Below, piece by piece: positions 1 through 12,306 of a stretch of 64,000 nucleotides of DNA. Both the position numbers and the translations under genes were made by a program. The notes under the pieces were generated by a model that saw only the letters and a program-made list of their open reading frames with translations, was not told where the DNA came from and searched no databases. The DNA is from Microthyrium microscopicum (taxonomy: Eukaryota), in NCBI GenBank assembly GCA_010405405.1, contig MU004237.1:1871345-1935344 (forward strand), written 5' to 3'. Each line of letters begins with the position of its first letter. Position 1 is the first letter of the stretch.

Positions 1-788
1 CAACAACCCTCAGGACGAAAGAAGGAAGCGGAAAAGGAATCAAGGCCCGCCGCCCGTCTCCTGCAGAAGCGCCTCAAGTCCTTCAGATGCACAAGTAGAT
101 GGAAATAGACATTGTAGGGAAAAGCTTCGTTATGGTGATGTTAATAATGTGATTCAAATGCTAAACTAAAAGTTCCACGACCGGTAAGGTTCTGTGGTAA
201 AGTGCTATGCTAGGGGTATCATAATCGAAAATGTAATCAAAATGAACCGAAATCGGTAGTGCAAAATGCTGAAAGAACCGAAATGCTTCGGGGAATCTTT
301 CCCAACCTCTATCCAAAAGAAAGCGCCACTGGAGGCGAAAACGCCACAGAATTTCCAGGGCTGTGGTTGTCCCACGCCTCAATTTTGCTTTTTGGCAAAG
401 GGGTAGACCGGGGAAGTGTGTTCCCCGACCCGTGGGCAAGCCTAGGGACCGTTGGCTGGCCCGTAATCTTGCTTTGAGACAGGGCGTTTGGGGGTTGGCT
501 GGTCGCTGGGAGGAGGTTTTGGTTGACGGGGAATAATTGGCGACGGTGGAGGGAGGGGACCGTGCTGAGATCCGGAGAGTTGGTATCACGATTGTGATGG
601 AGAAGTTGTATGTGTGTGGCGAAGACGCGTTTGGTTTGGAAGGACGCGTTTTTCTTGTGGCAGTGTGATACTGCGAGGGATGTTGTTTGCCTCTGGTTGT
701 GCTCTGGAAGTGAGTCACATGTGATTGTGGTTTGTGAATTGTGTGATGTATTTGGTAGAGTCGGCGACCAGCACCAGCTGGAAATCTT

Positions 789-1301
789 TCACTCTGGAGC
801 CGCAATGGGACACTCGGAGATTGGTGTCATGGGCTTGCCCATAGGACGCGATTTCTTGGAACTGCGTCTTCGTTTCTTGAATGTTGGTTTTGCTGGCGCG
901 AAGAGAGGCATAAGAGGTACTGCGGCTGGTGGTAGAATGTAGTCGCGTGGTGGTGCTGGTGCTTCATCGAGGAATGGCACGTCGCATTCGTCTGCGAGAT
1001 CTTCTGGGAAGAGGTCGAAATCGCTGATATATGAACTTGGCGCGTTGTTGTTGCTGCTATATGATGCTGCAGAGTCGCTCGCTTTGAGTGGTGGGCTCAA
1101 AGAATTTCTTGAAGGCCAGGATGGGAATGCGCAAGACATGCTGGTCTTGTATGAGCTGCTGCTGGTCCAGGTGGTGGAATTTGTGGAGTAAGTACTTGAT
1201 ACTGAGGATGCAGCAGAATTGTTTGAAGAGGGTGGTGAAGTGCTAGGCCATCCAACACATATGGGTGAGGATGACTTTGGTGAAGAACTGAAAGACTGCA
1301 T
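789..1301 (-). CDS. Uncharacterised Ser-rich fungal protein (170 aa) with a basic NLS-like patch
   Basis: ATG-initiated single ORF; short motifs CAFPSWP, SSYISDFDLF and KKRRRSSKK..MTPISE in a low-complexity protein; no function assignable. Confidence 0.6.
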   Translation of the reverse strand: MQSFSSSPKSSSPICVGWPSTSPPSSNNSAASSVSSTYSTNSTTWTSSSSYKTSMSCAFPSWPSRNSLSPPLKASDSAASYSSNNNAPSSYISDFDLFPEDLADECDVPFLDEAPAPPRDYILPPAAVPLMPLFAPAKPTFKKRRRSSKKSRPMGKPMTPISECPIAAPE

Positions 1302-4300
1302 TTTGGGCAGTGGCGTTGACTGATAGTCAGGTTGGAAATCCGGGGATGGTAATCCGGAGATGTTTTGTTTATAATGTACTAAGCAGCAGCAAGGCTGTCA
1401 GTAGGAGAAAGCCGGACCGATATGATGGCGATGGATGACGTGAAGACTGGAGTCGGAGCTAGCCAACAGATCTCGGAGCAGTCCGCAGTTGGTTGGTGGG
1501 CAAGGCTGCAGCTGAGAGAGAGCCTTGGAATGGTTCCGCAGGGTGGGTGGCGCAGGCAGATTGACAGGATAAACAGGATTTACTGAAAGCGATGCTAGGC
1601 AGCTGTAACATTTGTCGGGCGGAGCAAGGCAAATATATGTTGGTGAGCTGACTTGAGAATCCGGGGTGGTTGGATTTGAAGAGTTGTTAATAGGGGCGAG
1701 ATCAGGAGGAAGACTTGGGGGTTATTTGAGGCAGAGACAAGGCTTGTTGTGGGAGCAAATGGACTCTTGATGTGACAGAGCTTTGGCGTTTGAATCAATA
1801 AATAATGTGAGAGTGGGATGTGACCAAGTCAAGTCCAAGGGAGTTTTCAGCGTGGGACTATTGTTGTCTCGCACATGGGGTTGGTTTTTTGGCACGGGTG
1901 AGTACTGTGGACACCTCGGAGTAGTTGAGTCTTGAAGATTGATAACAATCAGACAAGGTCAAGTAAGAACAAACGTGAGAAGGAGCAAAGCAAAACAGGA
2001 ACAAAAAGGTGCAGGCCGACAAGCGCGAGATATATCAATTTCTAAACAAGATACAGTCAGGACTCTCAGGACTCAACGCACGAAGCAGTCAAACAAGGGC
2101 GAGAACAGCGGTGTCGTGAGCCCTGGCCAACACCTCCGAAATGCTGCAGCCGTGCCTTTTCCAGATGCCTCTAACCAAGGGTCCGAATGCGATGCTGCTG
2201 CTGCTTGCCTGCTGCTGTGCTCAGACTCTCTAATTTCTACTGGGGCGAGAACGGCGACCGCCCGCGGCAGTCCTTTGACACACTTTCCCAGAGCTTTGGT
2301 CGAGGCTCTCCATTCGCACAAAGGGCTTTTTCGGGGGACGGCTTCTGGGCCGCACGCGGTACCGCGGTTGCGACTCCCGCAAATCCCGCCCTGCTGGTTT
2401 ATTATTCCATGCTCCACAGCTCTCTCAAGCAAATTAGTCCGCCAATCTGGGGGAACAGCGCCCACCGCTTCTCTGTGCGTGGGACAAGTTCCTTCGAATG
2501 GGAGGTCGTGGGAACCACCCTCGCCTTTTCACTGGAGGACTCGCTCAAGAAGTTGCATGCAACAACTTGTGAGCGCTTCCCTGGGCTGCACCGAATAAGG
2601 TAACCCGACAAGGCAAATTCATCGTTGGCATACTCACCGCTGAATCTGGAGAGCACTACATTGGATGGAAAGGCCTGCGATGCGATGGCAACTATATGCA
2701 AGGCTGCAACCTGCCTCGCTTGCCAACAAATACAACAGCTTATGGCTCTGAGATAATACTCGTCCGATAAAACTCTTTTGCCATGGAAGAGTGACAGCGT
2801 CATTTTTTTGGTAGCAAGCGAATCTTGTTTAATGCGCCAGAGATGACACGTCGAGACGGAATGTGTCCCATGCCATGATTTTGTTCAATAACTCAACTCA
2901 TAAGCGGAATATCCCCCATTTGTGAATCACAACTGTATATTCGCAAGAACACTGTGACCTCTCGGCCAAATCTAATGGCAATTTTATCATATGCAATATG
3001 CAGTGGCCTCGAAATCTATGTGCAATGTGTGGTTGGCAAGGCTGATGATTCCGATACATCTGGTTCGCCCAACGTAACACTAGCACCACTGGTTGAGTCG
3101 TCACCTGCTGTCCATTGGTATACATGTTTCATATTCTCGAGGATAGGTAACTTGATTTTGTTCGTGGAGACGAGTCAACAATCATCTCCCACCAAGAACG
3201 ATAACTTCAATATGATCTATCAAAACGCCATACACTCCCCGCTGTTCATCTCCTACCCCACGCATAAAACAAAATCCCCTGCTACCCCAGTGAGTGTAGA
3301 GCCAGGATAGAGGATCAAACTACCACATTTGCTTTTCACAAGGTGGAGGTACTTCCAAACCTCACACAAACAGGGGACAAGATGCGAGATTTCCCAAGAA
3401 GATGCGATTCATTGATTTCGTGTTGATGCTGAAAGCTCGATGAACAGCCTAAAACTCCTGTGATACCCCCCGCATCCAAAAGTCTCTGGTACTTGCAACC
3501 GGCTGCCATCTGCCGCTGCCACTGTCTGTAACTTGTACCGATGGGGAATTGTGGCAGATGTAAAGGCTCCAGTCAGAGCACACGGGGAACAATCCCGACA
3601 GCCAATCCCGCTGCACAGTGCAAAAGCACTGCAAATGCACGTCCACGCAGGTGGGTGCTTTGTGTGGAGGAGGAGGCGCACTGTTGCTTTGGGGTTTTGG
3701 TGGCGAGTTTTGATAATGTCTTTTCAACAATATCGCTACAACATAAACGACAACAAGGGTAGTGATTATCGTTGGAATATTTGGTGTTCATCGTCGTATA
3801 AGCGATTCCGGCTCCATTAGTTCCAGACTCTCCTCAATATCCCAGCCAGCCAAAACCGGAGCTGTCCGCGCAAGGGTTTGATCAAATGGCCAAAACAGTA
3901 TACGTGTTTCGAATGTAGATTACATGTACCAAAAACCTCCTCCACCCGCTCCAGATCGCTCTGCAATTCAAGTCTCTCATACCCTTGCTGGACATGTCCC
4001 ACGTCGTCGCTGCTGATCTTTCCATCCAGACCACAGTACCTCCAGGGTCCCCGCGCAGCAGACCTGTACCCCAGATGAATCGAGCCTCTTTGTTCGCGAC
4101 ATTCCTATATTTCACCCAACCTCGTGCCCGCACAAGGGACACCGAGAACGGGATAATGAATTGCGAGCTGGAATGCTGATTTCGTGGCTGGGCGAGGCCC
4201 GGTCGGAATTTTAATCACGGGCAATGTAACCGAGCAAGCAGAGTTTCAGGGTCCATGAGTTGCAAAAAGTGTGGGGATGTCAGTGCGTATGTTCGGGACT

Positions 4301-5721
4301 TCGGAGTTGTAACAAAGAAGGATCGTGGAATGTTCCTTTGTCAAAAAGCACAGACTGTATCGTGACCATCTACACGGTATTGAGTCCAAAAGCAGCCCAC
4401 GATGGAAAAAACTTCAAGATTTGCCGCGGCATGAAAAGTGAGGCTAGGTTAAACTCTTTTCCATCCAAACAATTATTTGTGAATAACTGGTTGGGTAGTG
4501 GTTGACCGCTTCGAAACATATGGTTGCGATTGGATGATATATATTTTCCGATGTGGAGTTGATACTGCAAAGCTTCGGTATATCAACACGGAACATACTA
4601 CCGCACCTCACAACCGAAAGCTTCATCTGAATTTTGCCATAAAGAGGGTGTAGACTCCATCTAACCGTACCAACCTACCGAGGAGCTAGCTGATGCTTCA
4701 ATAATCAGACTCATCGTACCTGTTACACTTTTCTTCATTTTAATTATGTGTATAATTTTATTTTGCCATCATAGAAATACCCCTGTCGTGAAGAACAACC
4801 GCGTGTGTAGTGACAAGACGGAATAGCGAGTCCCATCTTTATCCAAAATTCTCTACAAGCCCAAGTAATCCGCAATGGACATCCATCCAAAAGTAGAAGT
4901 CCTAGAACCAACCACCACAATCCCGAATGTCAACATAATTCCGCCCTGCGCTGCTCCGCTGGTCTCCGTCTAGCTTCCCCACTCCTTCTGGCTTCAATGT
5001 TCCGCAACGCTTGTTCGCAACCTTGGCTTACCCTGGTAGTGGATCCAGCTGCTTTTGGCAGGCCGAGGCTCAATTAGGGAACTGCAAGTTGAACCCTGTA
5101 CTGTATTTTGCGGAGATGACTGCGAACTGCTCGTTGGGCCTCGGAGATTTGTGAACTTGGTAGGACGAAGCTTATAGAGAAGCGGTGCCTGAGTGTATAG
5201 TGATTGCGTCCACGAGACTTGATCATAGTTGCTGAGTGAGTTGCCGAGGTGTTGATGGGCCTTGATCGCTTGAGCGCGTGGGTTTGTGGTGTTCTTGGTT
5301 GGCTACGCTGTAGTCAGGAACCGGAAGTTTGATTGATGTCACTGCCTCGTTGGAATAATGCTGTCTTACTACGAGTTTACTCGGTCCCGAGAGGAGGAGA
5401 ATTGTATTTGCGGTACTCCGTAGGCTCTACGTCTTCAAAGGATTGTATGTTGGTGCGGTGTAGATGTGTAGAAGCTTACGTGTGATGACGAGTGTATGTG
5501 TGGTACGAAATACGAATACGCAGTACCGTACTACAAGTCGTGGTAGGAGATGCTACCAGACAGCGGAATAGTAGCAGCATGTCTGAATTAGTAAGCATCA
5601 TACTTACAACCGTATGATTCTCACTGTCAATAAACTTGTCTGAGCATTAGACTGTAGAGGTTGAGGTATTCTATGACTATCATTCAGTTTTAGAGGCCTA
5701 TGGCGAAGAACAGAGTATGAG

Positions 5722-8700
5722 TTACTCAAGAACTTGAATCCTGGACTTCTGGCCTTCAGATGGCCTCTCAGGATTAACATGCAATCCTTCCAGGTGCTTC
5801 AAAGTGAAATCCGAAGTCATATTGCCCAAATCTCCCTGTCCAGCGTCCAGGAGCTGTCTCATGCGGAAGTTCTCCAAACTTTCCAGGACAGTCTTCGCCT
5901 GATCCCGTACAATATCGTCTTCATCTGAGTTCATTGCCCAGCGCAGAACCTTCTTGAGTTCAATCCATTTGACGCCCTCCAATCCTGCAATGGCCATGTG
6001 GTTGTCCGTGGCTCTGTCAAGCGCCCGTAGATGCGCCATAAGGACTAGGACAGCACCACGACGGAGCATAGCATTTGCTTGACCTTCTTCAATCGTTAGA
6101 ATAGCTAGGACCACATCTGCTGTGGAGTTGATGATTTCGTTGGTCATATCAGATGCAACGTGCTCAAATGTGCTACTTAAGATGGCGAGCGCGGAGGTTC
6201 GAATACGTGGATCTTCAGAATTGTCTGAATCTTCCCATTTCTTCAGAATATCTTGAACGACTTCAAGTCTCTGCAGCTCTAGTCGTCTGGCATCTTCATC
6301 CATTTCGTCGTCTTCGGCGGCGTCAGTTGATAGATCTGGGATCTCACCACCCCACTCTCGTTCAGCTCGTCGTTGCTTCGTTTTCTCCAGACGTTCTGCT
6401 TTCGCACGCTCTTTCAGTTCTTTGGTGCGAATACCGCGCCGTCCAGCTACAGCAAGGCATACTTCTGCCATTCGTAAGAAGAGACCGGGCTCTGATTTGA
6501 CTGGTGATTCAACAAAACCAATCAGACTTTCAGCAACGCGGAGACGCGCATCAAGCGAGTTCGTTTCTTTCTGATCCTGGAATGCATCCGTATATGTTCG
6601 AACAGCATAACTTGCATTTGGAGATGAAGCCAAGTTGGAGAGGACTTTGATAGCAGCAAGATACACGAATTCTTCCGGGTCCTTGGTAATGACTTCTAAC
6701 AGGAGTATCGCTATCGTTGGTACGTCGTACTGCATATCTGGGGTGGCCAACAGGATCCCTAACCTTTGAACCGCTTCTGCACGGTCGGGGGGATATTTGG
6801 AGGTCAGTGAGGATTTTATGCGATGTAAGGTCTCTGGGCTCAAGATATTGATCTTTGCGTCAGCTACAGGCGCTTTGCTATGAAGAGCAAGGCTTATGTT
6901 TGAGACTGCTACGGCTAGCGAGGCTTTGGTAGACGTAGACAGCTCCTTTTTCCCCAAATGTTGGAGAGATTCGAGATTGGTGGAGATTTCTGATAGACAG
7001 TCTTGAGATTGCTGGTCCATTTGTTCGAGTTGGGAGGGAAGAAGTTGATTCAATAAGCTGATAGTCGTAGCCACCATATCATCTCTTTCTTCTCGTTCAA
7101 CCTTTGACAAAATATTGCCTTCGCGCTGAGCCTGATTGACAATGTTCGACAAGCCTTGTAGAGACGCGCTTTCAACATCTCTCAAAGCTTGCTGTGCCTC
7201 GCGTATCGCCGCAATGTTCTCAAGGAGGACTTGATTGATAACTGTGAAGATTTGAGTCGGCCTCTCGAGCAGCATGCCATCATCACGCTGCATAAGAGCT
7301 TGAATGAGCTGGTTCTCCCCCAAGGCCAAGAATGGATCCTGCTCTGCCGCAATCATCGTTTGTGATGGCTTGAGTAGCTGTGAGCTCAAGAGATGAACAA
7401 GGAACTCGCTGAATAGCTGTGGCTCTAAAGAGCTCTGCTCGAGAAGCTCAACGAGCTGCTTAGCCCTGCTTGTTCTCATTGATATCTTCTCAATTGCGGA
7501 TAGTGTATAATCTTGGCGGCAAACACGAACAGCAATACCGCCCTCGGAGCCCATTCCAAAGACCCATTCATGCTCGTCGTCCCAGATGAGATTTTTGGAG
7601 AGAAGAATGATGTGATTCAAATTGCCGCAACGTCGGAGAAACAATCTCAGAATCAACTTGGCCAGGCTCGTGGTAGCTGCTCTATGTGGAGTAGCAAAGT
7701 CCATACACGATAGTTCCCAGATAGGAAGAATTAAAGGTCGAACAAGTCGACCAGTCAGTGAAGGATTCGGGTGAACATCTACCAAAGCATGCAAAGACTG
7801 CAGACTCGACGCGAGGCGAGACTCGGAGACTAGCATTCCTAGAACTGGATCCGACCCTTGTTCAGGCTCAGCTGTCTCTTTTAGTGGATTGATTGCATTC
7901 TGTAAAGGAGTCACAAAGAGTGTCCATCCGATTGTACCTGGGGCACCAATGTTCTTCTTGTGGAGGATACCATTGGCGATGATGAAGGCCGCTGCTTTGG
8001 CAAACTCTGGTCCTTCAGTTCCTGAAAGCAGGTCCAGTAATTGAGGAGCGATTCTTGTATAGTACTCGTCAACGGATACCGAGGAAGGAACAGAAGTAAG
8101 GATTCTAGTAGCCTGGCTCATTGCTTCAGGAGTGAGAATAATGCCGTCTTTGAGAGGCTCTGAACCTGCTTTCGAAGAGGGCTCTTCGGTATAATTTTGT
8201 ATCATGATGAACCTTATGGCCCCTCTAACTCCTTCAGGGCGAAGTGGGATCACAGATAGATATCTTGAAAGATTCATCCTCAGCCAGCCAGGAGCTTGTG
8301 GCTTGATGAGCGCTGTCAAAATCTGGTACAATCCATCCGTGTTGACTCGTTCCAATGTCTTGTCCAGGAATGTAGCAGCTAATTCTCTGCAAGTTTCTGA
8401 TCGCGACGGATTGAAGGCTAAATCGGAGTTGGCTGCTAGAACGTCATTGTATATGCGATTTGCAACTTCTGAATGGATGCCAACGTTGGCACCGAATGCC
8501 AAGTCATTCAGACAGGTCATGACATCGTCAAGTATACCAAGGTCTGGAAGGTTTCCGGCAAATTTCGTACAAAGCCGGGTTTTGGCCAGTAACTCTTGGG
8601 GAAACCCGACTCCAAATGCAAGTGATGGGTACATCCCCTCAAGGAGGATGAAATCAAGCAAATTTGAGACGGTATTCAGCAAACTCATGTCAAGATCTCT

Positions 8701-8998
8701 CATTGACGCAGAGGCAGCCGAATCATCAGCTCCGCTTCCAACTGCATTATGAATATCTTTCAAGTACTGTATTGCCCGCCGAACCACTTCCTGGCCGCCA
8801 TCTGGAGAAAGTGATCTGCCTTCACTGGAAAGGATGGCATGCGCAGCACTTATCTTGGTGGGCGGGGAGCTAGCCTCTACATTGGTTAGCTCTTGTTAAC
8901 GTTAAAGACAGAATAAGCGGTTTACTTTTTATCAAGGCTGGATCAATGAAGGCAGTTGCTTGGCCAAGGACGCTGTCAAGCGCTTCAGTGCGAGACAT
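5722..8998 (-). CDS. RTP1: RNA polymerase II assembly factor Rtp1 / TANGO6 family ARM/HEAT-repeat protein
   Basis: 1021-aa ORF with family-like segments (LLRP.GVR-like PLRPEGVRG, DPEEFVYLAAIKVLSNLA, RIRTSALAIL). Reconstructed first exon 8998-8926 (MSRTEALDSVLGQATAFIDP) and 49-nt GT-AG intron 8925-8877 with GCTAAC branch join in frame to the long ORF. Confidence 0.82.
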
Positions 8999-9199
8999 GG
9001 CTATATTTATGATACTTCCAAGTCTCTCTTGCTCGGAGCAATAGGATAGAGGTTTGGCAACAACAACATTTCACTCTATACTCGTGACCTCGCAAATGTT
9101 TAATTTTTGTCAGCGAAGGAGGTAGAAGTGACGAGAACTGATCGGCAAAGATATTGCCAAAAGCGGATTTCTAGGTCACGTGCCGCGCGTCAACCTCGC

Positions 9200-10924
9200 G
9201 ATATCAAACCTTCTGAAAGCGCGTCCCCAGACTTCTTTTCCTCTCACACCCACAGCCCGCACCCAAGTCGCGCTCGATTATTTCTCTTCTTCACAGCCTT
9301 GTCTTGTCTCAATTCTTTTCGCTAATGATGTTGCTCTAGGAAGGGTTAAGATCAATTCTGAAGCCGCGCGACTGTCCCTGTCTCTCTACTACAGACCCCT
9401 AAGCATGGCCTCTCTCTACAGTTTACCGTCTCAAGTCTTCTGGCTCGCGCTGGAAATGTCTCCTGACAGCTCAATTGACCTGCACTTTCGGTTCATGTCG
9501 TGGCAGATTTAGCTTTGAAATACATGCTTCCTCCATGGCTGGGCCAGGTGCTGCAATGGTGAAAGCTATTGTAACCGGGTTTTTTGAGCGTTCACGATTC
9601 GGAACTTAACCCTAACAATCCCATATCTGCGTCTCACGGTTGTAGTTACCAGATTTTTCAGATTACTGCTTGGAGCGAAAGATTTGGTCTTGGTGAAAGC
9701 TGAGTTCCAGGTTGGAAGCGAAGGGTAGGAAATGCTAGACTTGGTGTCCGAATCAACTAGAATTGCATGCGCCTTATTGGGTTAGATTCTCAAGTGAGAA
9801 CGCGCGTCGCTTGCCTGGGCGGATATTTGACTCTGGTCAACGCTGACTGCTTTCTGGTTATCCTGCCGATAGAGAAGTGACTGACAGCTCTGGGGTCATC
9901 GCACGAAGCTTCGTTTGGAATCGCCAACCATGCCACGTACCTGATTTGGATATATCTTCGACCAGTCAGGCTTGGTTCCGGTGAAACCATTCGTTGTGGA
10001 AGGCAGTGGCATCAACTCTTTGCTTGATTTCATGCTCTTTTGTCGAATCAGGTCTTGAAAGCTTGTATCTGGTGCACGCCGACGATACAATTGCTTTTGG
10101 CATAGTCATGACCTCCGTGTTAATCGTCTCTCTTCAGAGATTACCTTTGTCGATTGATTGATGAGCGCAGATACTGCTGCTCTACTTTTTCAAGTTGACT
10201 TCAGCAATTACCTCCTGTGGGAGAAGAAAGCGGTTTTTACGGATGTTTTTTGTTCGCTTTTCAATGCCCGATGGTTGCCTTTTGGTGCCGGAGAGGAAAC
10301 AAAGACTGCCCAAAGAGGAATGCAACTACATACAGAGAGACCTTGGACGGGACAGTTGCAACGTGGATGGTTTGTGACTAATTCTTCTGAATGCAAAGGA
10401 GGTGATAACGATTGAAACAGCTCAGACCGGTTTGCGAGATCAGGCAATCAGCGCTAACTTTTATAGTATTCCTTTCAAGTCTACACTCACAAGTCTGCCT
10501 TGGTCCTCCAAGTATCAAGGAATCACTTCCAAGAACGGCAGCTGGGGTTGATGGAAGACACAATTTGGACGAACGACAAAAAGGCTGCTCAAGGATATCA
10601 AGCAAAGAAGCTGCTGGGTCAATAAGCTTTGAGGTCACGGTCAGAATATAATGGGACCTCACTCAAGTGGGAGTCAAAGTTTCGGCTTGTCCATTCGTTC
10701 TGATCGCTCGTGGTGGATGGATCCAATAGCATACTTGCCTTGGTGGGCTTGGGTGGTCGTCGGAAGTCTTTTGATTGATGTCTTTCAACGCGTATGCCAT
10801 ACTTGGGGGCCGAAGAGATGTGCTTGAAACCTTGTTTTACATTGTGCTATGTCTGACGGCGGAGGGATACACACAATTTTTTGTTACCCGCTGCCTCTGC
10901 AAGGAGGCAGCACCACTTTTTTTT
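9200..10924 (+). ncRNA. TER: Telomerase RNA (TER/TR), about 1.7 kb; 5' end approximate
   Basis: Region lacking a credible ORF. Template TAACCCTAA(C) at 9607-9616. GAAA-capped hairpins at 9552-9573 and about 9690-9705. Long-range pairing of 9214-9267 with 10739-10787. Sm-like site AATTTTTTG at 10875-10883. 8-bp stem at 10890-10911. U-tract followed by ATAAGT (10925), GCTAAC (10958) and CAG (10973). Confidence 0.85.
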
Positions 10925-10973
10925 ATAAGTAACCCTCAGTCTCTCCGTTCGCAATGTGCTAACTACGTGACAG
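10925..10973 (+). other. TER 3'-terminal intron with non-canonical ATAAGT 5' splice site (predicted spliceosomal cleavage site)
   Basis: ATAAGT at 10925-10930, branch GCTAAC at 10958-10963, acceptor CAG at 10971-10973; 49-nt length matches ordinary introns in this window. Confidence 0.8.
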
Positions 10974-11844
10974 GAAAGTGTGTCTTCAGCTGATGTTCCC
11001 ATACTCTCTTCAATTCTGGCTTGACATTCTGGGTTTTACCCGTCCACTGCCTTCTCGAATAGACAAACTCTGATTCAATTCGATTTAAAAGTACTGTTCA
11101 TGTCCCATGTAGAAATCCTCATCTTTGTCAACTCTTGGCTCAAGCTCGAAGCCACTCTGAGCAACTCCATAGTATCGATGGTTGTAGCACAACAGAGCGT
11201 ATGCCCTCTTACGCATGTACTCATGCGGTTCACAATCATATCATTAGGAGCACTCGGACAGCAACCACTCGGCCAGTTTTTGAGACCAATTTGAGCTGCC
11301 CTCCTCGTCAAGCTTCAGGCCCTATGGACTAGGTAAAGCTGTGCTCTCAGGATGTGCTGTGATCTGTCCTGCGTATATCCCACTATGGAAAGATTGAAGA
11401 GAAAATGAAGACTAAATCATACAGAAAGTGCGCTGGCTACTTGCAGATGCTTTACATGCAGCAGGCATGTCTGCTCGGTAACGAATCAACTGCCAGCATC
11501 ACTAAAAATGCTCCCATCAGGCTGAGATTCCATTTTAATCTTTTGAATCGTTATTGTTGCAAAGACAAGAATTCCAAAAGGCTTTCGTCCAACTTGTTTC
11601 TGCTTCAACAATACTAAAAATGTTTTTCTTCTTGTAGAATCACATCTCGGAGGTGGTTTAAAGCACATGCCACCTCGGATGAACCAACCCGCCGATCTTC
11701 ACTCATTGTTTCGTCGCGGGAACCCTCTCAAGAATGACCACATCGCCATTTCGTCTCTTCCCTTTTCATTCATGATCAGTCATCCTCAGCTGCAGCGCTA
11801 AATCATATCACTCATCGTTATCAACACCGCTCACAGTTATCAAC

Positions 11845-12306
11845 ATGTCTTTCACCCTACCAGAAAATTTCCACATCCTTTCCATTCCATTCTACTGGGG
11901 CCTAGCCATATTACCTCACGGTTATGCAATCCACCTTGCGACCGGTGGCAATGCATTGAAATGGGACAACCGCAATCCACGAACCACCAACCACCGTGCG
12001 AACGTTAAAAGCAGACTCAGCCCCGAAAACTTTGCTCTTTATGAAAGGGCAGAAGCTGCCTCTGCCAATGCTTTTGAAAACCTACCCATCTTTGCCTCTG
12101 CTGTGATCATTGGCCGGATGGCAGGACTCAGCAAGACCGTGCTGGATGACTTTGCAATGAAGTTCTTGCTTGCGCGAGCAGGGCATTCTCTCAGCTATCT
12201 TCTGATCAACAACTCGAGACTCGCAGCTATTCGGACAGTGTTCTATTTTTACAGCATTGGGCTATGTATCAGAGTTATGGTCAAGGCGGCGAAGACACTG
12301 CCTTGA
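11845..12306 (+). CDS. MAPEG superfamily membrane protein (153 aa)
   Basis: WDNRNPR and RAEAASANAFENLPIFASAV motifs, FLLARAGHSLSY, several hydrophobic helices. Confidence 0.85.
   Translation: MSFTLPENFHILSIPFYWGLAILPHGYAIHLATGGNALKWDNRNPRTTNHRANVKSRLSPENFALYERAEAASANAFENLPIFASAVIIGRMAGLSKTVLDDFAMKFLLARAGHSLSYLLINNSRLAAIRTVFYFYSIGLCIRVMVKAAKTLP

Noticed and set aside
1..110. Possible 3' end of a plus-strand gene entering the window
   Set aside because: All three frames are open for 30 or more codons with no recognisable motif, so the frame cannot be assigned.
1400..5700. Many short overlapping ORFs (for example 1939-2598, 2073-2465) and an ATG-less open frame near 4995-5305
   Set aside because: No family motifs, no consistent splice structure, and conflicting strands; more likely leader or intergenic sequence.
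10930..10937. Second TAACCCT near the TER 3' end
   Set aside because: Shorter than 1.5 repeats and inside the terminal intron, so not a template.
9107..10993. Short ORFs across the TER region
   Set aside because: Small, overlapping and motif-free; better explained as incidental frames in a structured ncRNA.
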